Made by a program: the position numbers and the translations under genes
Notes under the pieces: model-generated
Databases searched by the model: none
What the model was told of the DNA's origin: nothing
Seen by the model: the letters and a program-made list of their open reading frames with translations, nothing else
Assembly (NCBI RefSeq): GCF_036321535.1
Contig: NC_087437.1
Coordinates: 112,780,001 to 112,844,000, forward strand
From: Camelus dromedarius
Taxonomy: Eukaryota
Direction of reading: 5' to 3'
Length of the DNA stretch: 64,000 bases
Part shown: piece by piece, positions 49,205 through 61,680 of the stretch
Numbering within the stretch: the stretch's first letter is position 1
Layout: every line of letters starts with the position of its first letter

Positions 49205-50920
49205 TCTCTCAAATCACTATTTAGTGAGCACCTACTACATGCCAAAAGCTGAAGACAGAGTGGTGAGAAAGCAGGAAAAGCCTCTGCCCAAACAAGGAAG
49301 ACAGAAGCAATAAACAAGCAAAGAATTGCACTGGGGACACTGGGAAGTGCCACAGCGGGAAATGCAGTGCGGGAGGCCACCATCTGGGAGAGGGTCCTTA
49401 GGGGAGGTCTCCCCGAGCAGAGGCCTGCGGGGCTGGGAGGGTACGTTCCGAGAACGTCTGCAGGAAGAACATTCCAGGTGGAAGGAAGAATGTCAACTGG
49501 AAGGCCAGAATGGCTAGAGCTGAGGAGGAAGGGGAAGGTTGTGGGTAACGAGTTCAGAGAAGGGGGCTGGGCCAGATCACGTAGGTGCAGAGAACATAGA
49601 AGGAGTTTTTTAAAAATGTGGTTAAAACACACATAACATAACATTTACCCTCTTAACTGTTTTTAAGTGTACAGTTCAGTAGTGTTAAGTACACTCACAT
49701 CTATGCAACCAATCTCCAGAACTTTTTCTCCTATAAAACTAAGTATCTGTACCCATTAATTAACAACGCCACTCCCTCTTCTCCCAGCCCCTGGTAACCA
49801 CCGTCATATTTTCTAACTCTATTGAATTTGCCTCCTCCAGGTACCTCTTACAGCTGGAATTGTGCAGAATTTGCTCTTTTGTTTCTGGCTTCTTTCACTG
49901 AGCATAATGTCCTCAAGGTTTATCCATGTTGTAGCATGTGTCAGAATTTCCTTCCTTTCTGAGTCTGAATAATATTCCGTTGTGTATATACATCACATTT
50001 TGCTTCTCCCTTCATGCATTGCTGGACACTTAGATTGGTTCCATCTCTTGGATATTGTGAATAATGCTGTTATGAACATGGGTGTACAAATATCTCTTCC
50101 AGACTCTGCTTTCAAATCTTTTGGATGTGTACCCAGAAGTAGAAATGCTGGATCATATGGTGATTCTGTATTTAATTTTTTTAGAGTAATCACCATACTG
50201 TTTTCCATAGTTACTGCATCATTTTACCTTCCCATCAACAATGCACAAAAGTTCCAGTTTCTCCACATGCTCTCCAACAGTTGTTATTTCCTGATTTTTG
50301 TTGTTGTTGTTGTTAGTAGCCATTGTAATTGGTATGGGGTGGTATCTCATTGTGGTTTTGATTTGCAGGTGTTGGATTTTAGTCTAATGTCAGTAGGGAG
50401 CATTCAGAAGATTAGAGGTAGGACTAAGGGTGGGGAAACAGTATTCTTGGACTCAGAAGGATCCCATTGGCCGCCTTGTGGAGGATAGATGGCAGGAGAC
50501 CTGGAGATGGACTGGGAGACACTGGTAGCTTGGATGGGGGTGAGAGCCGAGGAGGTAGGGAGAAGTTGTGCGATCTGGGTGTACTGTAAAGGTAGAGTGG
50601 ACAGATTTTGCAGATGGATCAGATATGGAGTTTGAGAAAAAGAAAAGAGTCAAGGATGATTACGGACTTTTGGCCTGACAGGGAATGGTAACCCCGTTAA
50701 CTGAGATGGGGACCAGAGGGGTGGAATAGCTTTCAAGTGGGGAAGGAAATGGAAAGTTGTGTTTGGAATGTCTAAATCTGGACATTCTAATACACATCAG
50801 ACATCCAAGTGGACATGGATCGAGGCATCTGAAGCTCAGAGAGAAGGCTGGGCTAAAGACAGGAATTTGATTTGTGGGTCATCATACACATCTAGCATTT
50901 TTAGCCCTGGGGACCCAGTG
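49205..50920. mobile_element. L2 element split by the L1 at 49605-50366
   Basis: TATTTAGTGAGCACCTACTA...GGGCCAGATCACGTAGG | GGATTTTAGTCTAATG...GAGTCAAGGATGA...TAACTGAGATGGG; L2 motifs are collinear across the insertion. Confidence 0.7.
49605..50366 (-). mobile_element. L1 (L1MA/MB-like) 3' fragment interrupting an L2
   Basis: Antisense L1 3'UTR and ORF2 end (ORF track 49993..50208: [23 protein letters not shown]). Confidence 0.85.
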
Positions 50921-50926
50921 AAATTG

Positions 50927-51160
50927 TCAGGGGTCAGTAAACTACCACCCACAGGCCAACTCTAGCCTGCTGCCTCTTTTTGTACCAATGCTAAGCTAAG
51001 ATGGTTTTTACCTTTTTGAACGTTTGAGAAAAATTTTAAAAGAATAACATTTCATGACACATGAAAATGGTATGAAGTTCAAATTTCAGTGTTCACAAAT
51101 AAAGTTTTATGGGAACTCTGCTCTGCTCATTCGTTGATATATTGTCTGTGGTTGCTTTCT
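50927..51160. mobile_element. MER58B-like hAT-Charlie fossil
   Basis: CAGGGGTCAGTAAACTA...AAATTTCAGTGTTCACAAATAAAGTTTTATGGGAAC. Confidence 0.75.
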
Positions 51161-51446
51161 TGGCCTAGGGAGTGGGTGAGGGAGGGAGGGAAGAAAGAGA
51201 AGAATGAGATGCTGGGCAGGGCCTGTCAAAGGTCAGTAACTACCCCTGTGAGTCCAGGGCACCAAGATAATTTCAATTCCGTGAGCAACCACGTCCAGGG
51301 GCCCAGCGAGCCAGGACTGCTCGCCTCCTGCACCCAGGCCAGCTCAGCATCTTGTGGATGGCTGGAATCAGAGTGAACCACGATGGGCACATCCATTGGA
51401 TGGGGCCATGTCACACAACTGATGTCCAATTGTGTTTTCCTTGCTA

Positions 51447-51890
51447 TGTTAATTTCTCGAGGCTGTTGTAGCACATTGCTGCAACCACAGACTGGGTGGC
51501 TTTAATATCTGTTCCCCCTCAGTTCTAGAGGGTGTAAGTCTGAAATCAAGGGGTCAGCAGGACTGTGCTCCTGACAATGGCTCTGACGAGGATCCTTCTT
51601 TGCCTCCCTTTGGCTTCTGATGGCTGCCGGCAAGTTTTGACATCCTTCGGTTCACGGTAGCATCACTCCAATCTCAGCTTCTGTATTCATGTGCCTTCTT
51701 TCCTGTGTCTCTTTGTCCAAGTTTCTCTCTTCTTATAAGGACACCAGTTGTTAGATTAGGGCCCACTCTAGTGCAGTGTGATCTCATCTTAATCTGATCA
51801 CATCTTCAAAGACCTTATTTCCAAATAAGGTCAGAGTCGTACCGGAGTCAGGATGTGACTGAATCTTTCTGGGTGACACAGTTCTGTCCT
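51447..51890 (-). mobile_element. MaLR solo LTR (MLT1C-like)
   Basis: TCTGAAATCAAGGGGTCAGCAGG, CTTATAAGGACACCAGT and TTTCCAAATAAGGTCA motifs. Confidence 0.8.
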
Positions 51891-52575
51891 CTTCCCTTGC
51901 ACACACAGGTGTCACAAGGTTTAATCAAAGACTGCCCGGGTTCTTGAGATATTTTTTTAAAAGGACATGGCCAGGTGACTGATCTTGGGGAAGAATAAAA
52001 AAGAAAAAAAAATCCCTTTATTGGTTTTAGGATCGTGAGGTGTACTTTATTTCCTCACCGCTACCTGACTGCCGTTGGGCAGGCTGGCTGCCTCCCATGG
52101 GCAGACTGGGAGAGGGTAACACAAGCTTCTGTGATGTCACTACTGAGCTCAGGCCACCTGCTGTGGAGTTTCCTGAATGGTGAGGGGGTTCTCTGGAAGG
52201 TTCTGAGGCTCAAGCCTGAGATGCCCAGGAGATTGATGGCGAAGGAGCACTGGACCCAGAGTCTAGGGACTGCTACCCCTGAGGCTGTGCGACCTTCAGC
52301 AAATCACCACCCCTTGTCCTCACGAGCCTCAGTTTCTTCTCCTGCCAGAAGGAAATAACCACGGCCCTATCTCTCTCTCAGTGTGGCTGTGAGGATGAGA
52401 GGAAATCTGAGGACTGGGACCCAGCAAGCCCTCTGCAAATGTGATGCTGTTTCCAGATAAAGTAAATCTGACATCACAGAATGACTAAAAGCTTGACACT
52501 TAGCATTTCATCTGTTGTGGATCAAGTTTCTTTTCAACAAATCAAATTTTGTGAACTGGAAAAATTACTGGATAA

Positions 52576-53249
52576 CATTTGTTTTTTCAATTTCCTTTTT
52601 TTCCTTCTTGTTGTGGTAAAATACACATAACATAAACGTTATCATTTTAACCATTTCAAAGTGTACAATTTAGTGGCATTCAGTAAATTCTAGCTCCAGA
52701 AATTTTCATCATCTCAAACAGAAGCCCTGCACCCATCAAGCAGTGACTCACCATTTCGGTCCACCCTCAACCCCCTGCCCCTGGCAACCACAAATCTGCT
52801 TTCTATATCTACAGATTTACCTATTTGGACATTTCCTTTGAATGGAATCATGTAACACGTGGCCTCTGTGTCCAACTTCTTTCACGTAGCCTAATGTTTC
52901 CAAGGTTCATCCACTTGGTGGCGGCAGGAGTCAGTGCTTCATTCCTTTTAATGGCTGGGTAATATTCCATTGTATACATAGACTACATTTTAATCTATCC
53001 ATTCACTGATGGGCCTTTGGGTTGTTTCCACCTTTTGGCTATTGAGAATAGTGCGACCATGAATGTTCTTATATAAGTTTTTTACTGGAATACCTGCTTT
53101 TGAGTTCTTTGAGGTGCATACCCAGGAGTGGAACTGTGGGGTATTATGGTCACTCTACATTTAACTTGTCAAGAAAGTGCCAAACTGTTTTTCACAGTGG
53201 CTGCACCATTTTGTATTCCCATCAGCATGTATGAAGGTTTCAATTTCTC
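52576..53249 (-). mobile_element. L1MB-like 3' fragment
   Basis: GTGGTAAAATACACATAACATAAA...CAGTGGCTGCACCATTTTGTATTCCC. Possible TSD CTGGATAA (52568-52575 / 53250-53257). Confidence 0.85.
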
Positions 53250-55284
53250 CTGGATAAGGTCTGAACCCTTGGTTTATTCAATGCAGTAAACCCTCCTGGG
53301 CCAGCCAGCTGCTTGCTCTCTGTCTTTCCTGCTGTGGCTGGAGGCCCTGGGAGCAGCCAGATGGTCCCTCACTCTCATCCCCTTGGTGACCTCTCCTGGT
53401 GGATCACTCATGGCCACTCATGTAGGCGGTTCTTCCAGAATCACAGTGTGGACTCTAGCAGTGAGGGCAAGGGTGCAGCTGACTGGAACCTCTGGGGCAG
53501 TCATGGGGACAGAGGACAGCTCTGGCCAGTGTGGGGATAGTCCCCATGGTCCTGACTTGATCTGAGTCCAGTCCCTCTTCCTGGCTGCCTCCTGCCTGGC
53601 TCTGCTAGCTGAGGAGTCAAGTCTGGGGGATCTGTTTACTCCCAGCCCACATTTTCCAGCAACTCCCGACTCTGATGTAATGGGTCTGCTGATCCCTTTG
53701 GGGTTTTCTCTCGTCCTAGACTTTCTTCTCCTGCCCTTTCGACTCCAACCCCTTATTTTTCCAGTGCACCATGGACTGGCTTTTATAGCTCTTTGGTCCT
53801 TAAAGAACATTCCACTGTCTCCTCGGGGAGAGGAGGAGGCATCCTAGTTTATACTCAGACACATGCCATAAACTCATAAAAACTCACACATAACCCACAG
53901 TAACTCATTTAGACACAACCAACCGGGCTGAGTTATCTAACTTAATGTATTGTTTACTCTCAGTGCTGTAGAGTGATGGGAAGAATGTGAGGTCAGAGGA
54001 CCCCTTGCTCTGATGGGGTGGCCTTAAGCACTCATCTCCTCTTGTGGGGGGATGAAAAACCCCATGGAACCAGCCTCCGGGTCACCATGAGCGAGTGGAT
54101 GAAAGCCGGTGCCGGCAGGCCTCTTTCACATGGCAGCATTTTTATCTCCAGGACGGAAGGGAGCCATTTCTTACCACACTTGCCTCGGATGACCAAACAG
54201 CCCGCTGCCCTTCCTGGTGGGATGTCCTTTGAAGAACATTCTGGAAGTGGGAGTCTGGCCCAAAGCAGCTCAGAGGCTGAGCTCCTGCCTCAGAAGGAGG
54301 CTGAGGAGGTGGTGATGTCTACGGAGAATCCATGAGAATCATCTCCATCTGGGGAATGTGGCAGGGGGTGTTTCTGGCGCCTGGAAACATTCCATTTTGG
54401 TTTTGAGTTCTTCGCAAGCTATTACAGGAAATGATGTTTTCAAAAACAAAGTTGTCCCTGGCCCGGCAGCACCAGGTCACTCCACGCAAACAGTTCCCGT
54501 CGGCTCAGGAAGGGCCCAAAATATGCACGTGCACGAGCGATACCGCGCGGCACGTGAGGCTGCATAACTTTCGCGGGCCCTTGCCTCGGTGTCCGGGCGG
54601 CAGCCCGGCTGTCCGCTTAGGAGTCGGCCTCCAGGCCTGGCTTTTGGCCTCTTCCTCACCTGTGGGGTCTGAGCCGGGATCTAGACTCCAAAGGGAAAGG
54701 ACAGTTTGCTAGAGCCATTCAAATCCCTCCAACGCGTGTACTTCACTTTCACGGGAATTCTGTCCCCATCCCTGTAAGCCCAGCTCAGATTCTGCACGAT
54801 ATTTTATATTTGGAGGCACTGATCTGGGGAGGGGAAGGGGCGTCAGTAGTGGAAGGTCAATGTTGTCTGCTTTCACTTTGTGTGTGTGTGATTGTGTCTT
54901 GCCAACCTTTTTTTTTTTTTTTCAGCCAAAGAAGAAGACAGATGTCTGTTTTTTGCTACAGAGCCCGAAACTCAGCTGCTTGCTCAGAAAACATCAGTTC
55001 CCATCAGTTCTCAAGGTTGATCCTGGCACTGGACTTTGGGGGCAGGAAGGAGAGGAAAAGGGGAATAAGAGGAATCTAGGAAGGATCAGTACTTCATTCC
55101 TTCAGGTCTCTGCTCCAGGCTGATGGAAGGTAAATAAAAGTAGTTTGGCTTGATGGGCCCTGGGGGGATGGCGGGTGGGGTAGAGAAGGGGTTTGAGGGG
55201 CAGCCTTTGTGTCTGAGTTTGCCCTGCTACAAGGCCCCCTTCCCTGCTCAGAATCCTGCCTGCCCCCAAATATACACCCCTCTG

Positions 55285-55406
55285 CACACACACACACCAC
55301 ACCCCTACCACACCACACATATACCTAACACCACATCCCCTACACATACATATACACTACACCACACACACAAACACCATACACACACACGACACACACT
55401 CACACC
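55285..55406. repeat. Degenerate (CA)-rich repeat
   Basis: Directly visible CACACACACACCACACCC...ACACACTCACAC. Confidence 0.85.
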
Positions 55407-55558
55407 TCATACCCTGTGGGGTTGTGTAGGGAGCTACTCAGGAGAGCTCACACTTTTGGAGAAACAGCCCAGATAAGTGTTTCCCAGGGCTCCCCTCACC
55501 CAGCCATGTCACTTGTCTGGGAAATATGGTAAATCCTTATTTGGCAGGATTTGCTAGG

Positions 55559-55951
55559 TGTATCAGCCTGCTAACGCTGTGTAACAAAGTATTTGACACA
55601 AACTGAGTGGCTGAAACAACAGAAATTGACTGCCTCACCGTTCTGGAGGGTGTGAGACTCTGTTCCAGGCTTCTCTTCTAGCTTCTGGCAATCTCCGCTG
55701 TTCCTTGGCTTGTAGATGTATTGCTCCATCTCTGCCTTCATTGTCACATGGCGTCCTCCCTGTGTGCATGTCTGTGTCCAAACTTCTCCTTTTTATAAGG
55801 GCACCAGTCATACTGCAGTAGGGTTTACCCTGCCTTGTCCTAACTAATTATATCTGTGATGACCTTATTTCCAAATAAGGTCACATTCTGAGGTCCTAGG
55901 GGTTAGGATGTCAAGACATGAATTTTGGGAGACACCATTCAGTCTGTAACA
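55559..55951 (-). mobile_element. MaLR solo LTR (MLT1B/C-like)
   Basis: TG...CA ends; TTTCCAAATAAGGTCACATTCTGAGG motif; near-TSD CTAGG/CCAGG. Confidence 0.85.
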
Positions 55952-56608
55952 CCAGGTATACAAGTGCCCACCTGCCAGGGGTCACAGTCTTCTGGGGCTT
56001 TGGACTTTAGGGGCAAGACTTATGGCTTCTTGACCACATGTGTGGAGACTGAACAAGAGGCCCAGGACTTTGAGCAGGTTAGGTGCTTGGTATTATACAG
56101 ATTGCAAAGACAAGCAAAGACCTGTGTGTCCCTGGGCCCTCAAGAAATGTACAGCCTGTTCATAATAAAACTCGACAATTGTCTAAAGTATCAGAGCCAG
56201 CAAAGCATTTCCATGCTCATTATCCAGTCAAGCCTCACAACTAACAAACTTGAGAGGCAGGTCTGTCAAGAATTCTTATCCCCACATCCAGAGAGAAAAA
56301 GTAACTTGTGCAAAAATCATGTTGTTGGTTGGAAGCAAAACTTGAGTTCTCAGACCCTGCTTAATCCTCTTGGGAGGTGGAGCCATGTATACAGGGGTGA
56401 GGGAGCTTAGGAAGGTTCACCTTGGGGGGGGTCCAGAAAGGCTTTGTGAAGGAGGGGTCATCTGAAGCAGTCCTTAAATAAAATCTGAGGAAGGAGGGAG
56501 CTTTCTAATTGCAGGTGACAGTTATGCATAAAGGGCTGTCAACTGAGGTGTCCCTGAGCCACATAGTCCTTGGGTGACATGGTTTTCTCACCAGTAGGCA
56601 GCACCCAT

Positions 56609-56953
56609 CACTATAGTCTGAATGTTTGTACCACCCCCAAATTCATGTTGAAACCTTAAAGTCAGGTGGGATGGTATTAGGAGGTGGGGTCTTTGGGATG
56701 TCATTAGGTCATGAAGGTGGAGCCCTCATGAATGAGATTAGTGTCCTTGTCATAGAGACCCCAGAGAGCTGGCTGCCCTTTCTACTGTGAGGATACAAGG
56801 AGAATCTTCCATCCAGAAGACAGCCCTCATCCAACCAAGCTGCCACCCTGAGCTTGGACTTCCACCTCCAGAACTGTGAGAAGAAAAGTTCTGTAGTTTA
56901 TAAGCCACCCTGTCTGTGGTATTTTGTTACAGCAGTCCACATGGACTAAGACA
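56609..56953 (+). mobile_element. MaLR solo LTR (MLT1A-like)
   Basis: CTATAGTCTGAATGTTTGT...GGACTTCCACCTCCAGAACTGTGAG...GACTAAGACA. 5-bp TSD CCCAT (56604-56608 / 56954-56958). Confidence 0.88.
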
Positions 56954-58658
56954 CCCATTGTCACCCATGCCTCATCCATTTTCCCCAGTTTCACTCAAAA
57001 ATAGACACTCTATTAAAAAATAGATACTCTTGTGGTTTTCTCTCTACTGGGGCTCAAATCTGGTCCTTGAGACCAACAGAACCAATTCTCCTCTAACCTC
57101 TTCTCCCTCAGCAAGATTCTCTGCTGGCTTGGTGTGTGTTGATTAATGCAGATAAACCCAGAGGATGAAACCAAGCTGGACTCAATTGATTTTGGGCTCT
57201 GTTAGGACCCCCTCTGCTTCCCCATGGCTCAAACCCCTTCTGGATCACAGCACATCCGAGGCAGGACTCCTGTCTGCATCCCTCCAACCCTGGGAGGAGA
57301 GTGGCCTGCAGCTGTGCCTGCGGGATGCCGGCTCTGGCCTCGAGGATCCTTCCCACGGCAGAGCAGAGCTCTTCTCTGCACACAGCCCAGGCCGCCAGCC
57401 CCCTGCTGCCCACTGCCTGCAGGCTAGGGTGGGACTTGTGGGACGGGCAGGACCTTAGCAGGCCGGGATGTGGGGGAGAGGGGAGGCTGCAAGCATTTGA
57501 CGAGCTCAGTGCTGTTCCCAGGTGCTTTCTGGTGTGTTATCTTGTCTGCTTCCTAGAAGGGCTTCCTTGGAGGACTGGGTAGATCCATTGTTGCCATTTA
57601 AAGCTGAGGTAAAGAGCCCTCCATGCCTTGCTCCAGGTCCCACAGTTAACAAGCCTTGAGTAAGACTGAACCCATCTCTTCCGAATTCAAGTCTCATTTC
57701 CCAACCTGATGCGGCCTCTGGGTGGAGGCAGCTTCTTGAGGGGCGATGCGTCTGACATCCTGGCAGAAGAACCCTCTGTGGAGGCTACTTGATTTGCAAA
57801 GGGATGGGGAAGGGAGTGGGGCAGGTGCTGCTAAGAGCATCAGAATTCCTAGGAGGGTCTGCGGTTCTCCCAAGAGTGATTTTCCTGGGGGGAAAGATGG
57901 TGTCTCCTGTCCAAGCTTGGATGAGAGGATTTGTGGAATGCATTTAAAATGAAGAAGGCAGACAAGGCTTGTGGAAATGGGTAACTGATTCAGCTAAGGA
58001 CATTTACCAGCTCTCCCCTCAATCTTTTCTTCAGCACATTCACTGTTTTGCCTAAGTTTAAAGCAAAGCCCTTTTGGTAGTCACTTCTTTCCATTTAAGC
58101 ACAGGCTCGGGTGGCAGGTAAGCACCTCAGGTGGCTGACAGCCCAGCCCGCTGACAGGTGAACGTGTCTCCCATGTGACCTCTATAGGGGAACAAGATGA
58201 AGTCTGACTCCAAGCAGCTGATGACCTCAGGATGGACTGGGGGTTGAGAGTCCACAGACCCCCAGGTGATCTGTGAGGGGCTGGGGATACACAGCATGGC
58301 CAGAGAGACCGGCTGGGAGAAGGTGCTGTTCCTCCCTCTGAAGCCTTGTGGCAGCTGCCAGCTCAGACTTTGGACCATCACCCTGACCAGACACCAGGTC
58401 CCAGCCACTGGGTGTCAGACCCCGGGGAGCTGAGGACATTGTGAGGGCCTGACCCAGGCTGTGCACCCATGTTGTCTAATGACTGAGGTGCCTCCCACTT
58501 CCTCAAATGCAAGTTTCAAGTACAGGTGAGTATTGTGATGAGTGAAATACCAGTTTCAATGTTTTATTAATACATCCTTGTTCAATAGATCCTCACAATG
58601 TATACTAACATTTAACATGTACTGAGGTATAATGAGGACAAATGGAATTATCTGACAC

Positions 58659-59037
58659 TGCTATGGGCTGAATTGTGTCCGGTCTCTGAATCTGCATGTT
58701 GAAGCCTTAACCCCCAGTAGCTCAGAATGTGACTGTATTTGGAGATGGGGGCCTTTAAAGAGCTGATTAGGTTGAAAAAAAAAAGATTATAAGGTTGGGG
58801 CCTAGTCCAGTCTGACTGCTGTCCTTATGAAAAGAGGAGATTAGGACAGAGAAAGGCACACAGGGACCACCACATAAGGACACAACCAGAGATGGCTGTC
58901 CGCAAGTCAGAGAGAGGCCCCTGGAGAAATCAACCCTGCCGACACCTTGATCTTGGACTTCCAGCCTCCAGAAACGTGAGAAAATAAATGTCTGTTATTT
59001 TAGCTGTCTAGTCTATGGCAGTCTGAGCAGAACAACA
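58659..59037 (+). mobile_element. MaLR solo LTR (MLT1B-like)
   Basis: TGCTATGGGCTGAATTGTGTCC...GGACTTCCAGCCTCCAGAA...ACA. 5-bp TSD GACAC (58654-58658 / 59038-59042). Confidence 0.88.
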
Positions 59038-59699
59038 GACACTAAGGGGGCTGTCCTGCTTCGAAAGTTGTCTAGCACTGTTCCCACTTCTGATCATGTG
59101 TGGAGTTAAGGAGTCACATGACAGGCTGGAGAGGCTGGTTGGCTGGCCAGTTCCCCCCATCCCCACCCCCAGGCATCCGTGTGAGATACTTAGCATTGAT
59201 ACTCTCAGTCTTGAGATGCTTGCCTTTGGTGGGTGAACCCCCTTTTGTAGCAAGCCAAGCCCATTAAGCTAAACAGAAGGCGGCAGACAGGATGGGAGAA
59301 ACCAAGGCTGCAGCCAGGACCCCAGCCGATGACCACCCACCCACCCAGGATGCTGGCCCTCATCTTTGCCCCGCAGTGTGGATGCCTTTGTGGCTGCACT
59401 GGAACGGCTTCCTGTGGGCCCAGCTTCTCACCATCACTGTTCCGGGGTCAGACTCTGGATGGGCTGAGCCCAAGCCATGTGCTTAAGCCCTCATGGCAAC
59501 GTTGGCTGGGAAAAGGGACCGGTTTATGTTTTCAGCTTTGGCACCAGGACTGCCTCCCACAAGATGCATCCATAGGATGACAATGTTCCCCAAATGCAGG
59601 GATGCTGGGCAGCCGAAATAACCACAAATGTCTTCTAATATTGGGATAAGTGTGTTTGTATACACACACATGGAATGGGGTTGGGGATCACCTCGATGA

Positions 59700-59850
59700 G
59701 CAGAGTGGTGAAGAGAATGAGCTTTGGCAGCACACAGATGGTTCTGAGTGTTGGCAACCTCACTTACTAGCTTTCGAGCCTGGCTTTTTCTACAACCTAA
59801 GCCTCAGTTTTCTCACCTGTAAAATGGGGCTAATAACACCTACATCATAA
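59700..59850 (+). mobile_element. MIR SINE
   Basis: GCCTCAGTTTTCTCACCTGTAAAATGGGGCTAATAA core. Confidence 0.85.
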
Positions 59851-61019
59851 AACGGTAGACATGATTTTTGTGGTTGTTGATGTTATTATTAGAAATATCA
59901 TGATAGCCATTTTGTGACATGCGTCATGGGCTCCAGGACTAACTACAAGATCTGATTAGATTGCTCCTCCAGATTTTTCACCTGTCTCTCTGGACGCAGA
60001 CGGTCTTTTTCACCTCAGAATAAGAGCCATCGACATGCAGGTGCTTTCAAAAGGATTAACCTAAGCTCGAAGCATGAGATTTTTATTGCTGTTTCATCCT
60101 GTGATGGGTGGTCCTCCAGCAGTGTTTTATAAAAGCTATGGCTCTTTGGGTACACCCAAAGTCCTTTGTAGCACTCACCTTCAGAAAGATAAATAGAAGG
60201 GGAAGGAAATTGCAAGAGTAAGAGAAAGCAGAACAATTGAGTTTCCCACTGGAATTTGCGAGGAGATGGAGTTTGGGAGTAGGAGTGCGGACGGCTAGTT
60301 CAGTGGCTGGTTTTATTAGCAAACGGGCCGGTTATGAGAAGTCACTGGCATTTATGGACATGAAATTGTTACAGAGTGGGCACTGGGACACAGAGAGACT
60401 CAGCGCATGTGGAGGGCCAGTGTGTGCCCAGCCAACGCACACAGCACCCTTTCTAATGGGTCCTTTAACCACAGGACTTCTGTACCTTTTGTAAATAGAT
60501 AATGCTGCTTGGAGTGATCCTGGCGTCATGCAGATCCAGAAACCATCCAAGAAAGATGGGATCGTATTCAATAGGTTTTTACTGTGAAGTGTATTTCATT
60601 GTGTTCTAATTCTTGGAAACTTAGGGAGGAATGAGTGATGTAAACACCAATTCTCTATCCACCACAATGCTTAACAGAGCAGAATACCTTGTTCTTCTAC
60701 CTACTCAAATAGTTACCTAATAATAACAACTAATAGTTACCTATAAAGTTGGCACAGCGGACTCCTTTTCTTTTCTTTTTTTTTTTTTTTGTACCGAGAG
60801 AAAAATAAGTACGTGGTCAATTTTTGGATTGCATCACATTGGAAAAAAAATTTACCTAAGCTCCAATGCTCCTTCTGTCATGGTCTGACTTAGTGATACC
60901 CTGGTAATGGGGAAACCAGAGGAGGGGCACTGATGGGCACAGTGCTGCGAGGGAGCAGAGAGAGCTGGGTAGAGGAGATGGATTTTGAAGCAATAGGTTT
61001 GAAGGACTGATCCATAGAG

Positions 61020-61680
61020 TTAATAGGTATCTCCTGAGCACTGACAATGTGCCACGCACAGTTCTAGGCACTGGGGATACAACAAAGAATGGAATGGACA
61101 CCACCCTTGCCCTCGTGGTAGGTATGTGGTTTTCAGTTTATTCTAGGCCAAAAGAACGAAAGTTGAGAAAGATGGAGGAAAGAGGGAGTGTTGTGTATGC
61201 TGGCTGCAAGTGGGCTTTTTTTTTTGGGTGGGGGAACATTCATTCCATTCAACCAGCATTTACTGACCGCCTACCATGATAGGTTTTGTGCCAGACACTG
61301 GGGATACAGTGATGTCCAAGCCCCATTCCCAGCACTGGAAAAGTTCAGAGTCTGGAGTTTGGAGGTGTAGACAACACGTCTGAGCTCTGGAAGAGGGAGG
61401 CTCAGAAAAAGAAGATGCAAACCTTGCTGGAGACGGTGTGGAAGGCTTCCTAGAAAGAAAAGGGGGGGGGGTACGTCTCCATCTTAAAGGATGAATGAGA
61501 GCTTGCCAGATAGCACAGGGAGGAGAAGATTCCAGGAGGAGGGAATGGAAGATATCCATTGGGCGAGGGGACACAAGAAGGCAGCTCTCAGGCAGGGAAA
61601 GGCTGATGGTGAAGAGCCCTGATGGGAAATCTGGTTTCAATTTAATCTGAGACATGATGGGGCCACAGCCAGGTTCAACG
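61020..61680. mobile_element. L2 3' fragments
   Basis: CTGAGCACTGACAATGTGCCACGCACAGTTCTAGGCACTGGGGATAC and CATTTACTGACCGCCTACCATG. Confidence 0.65.
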
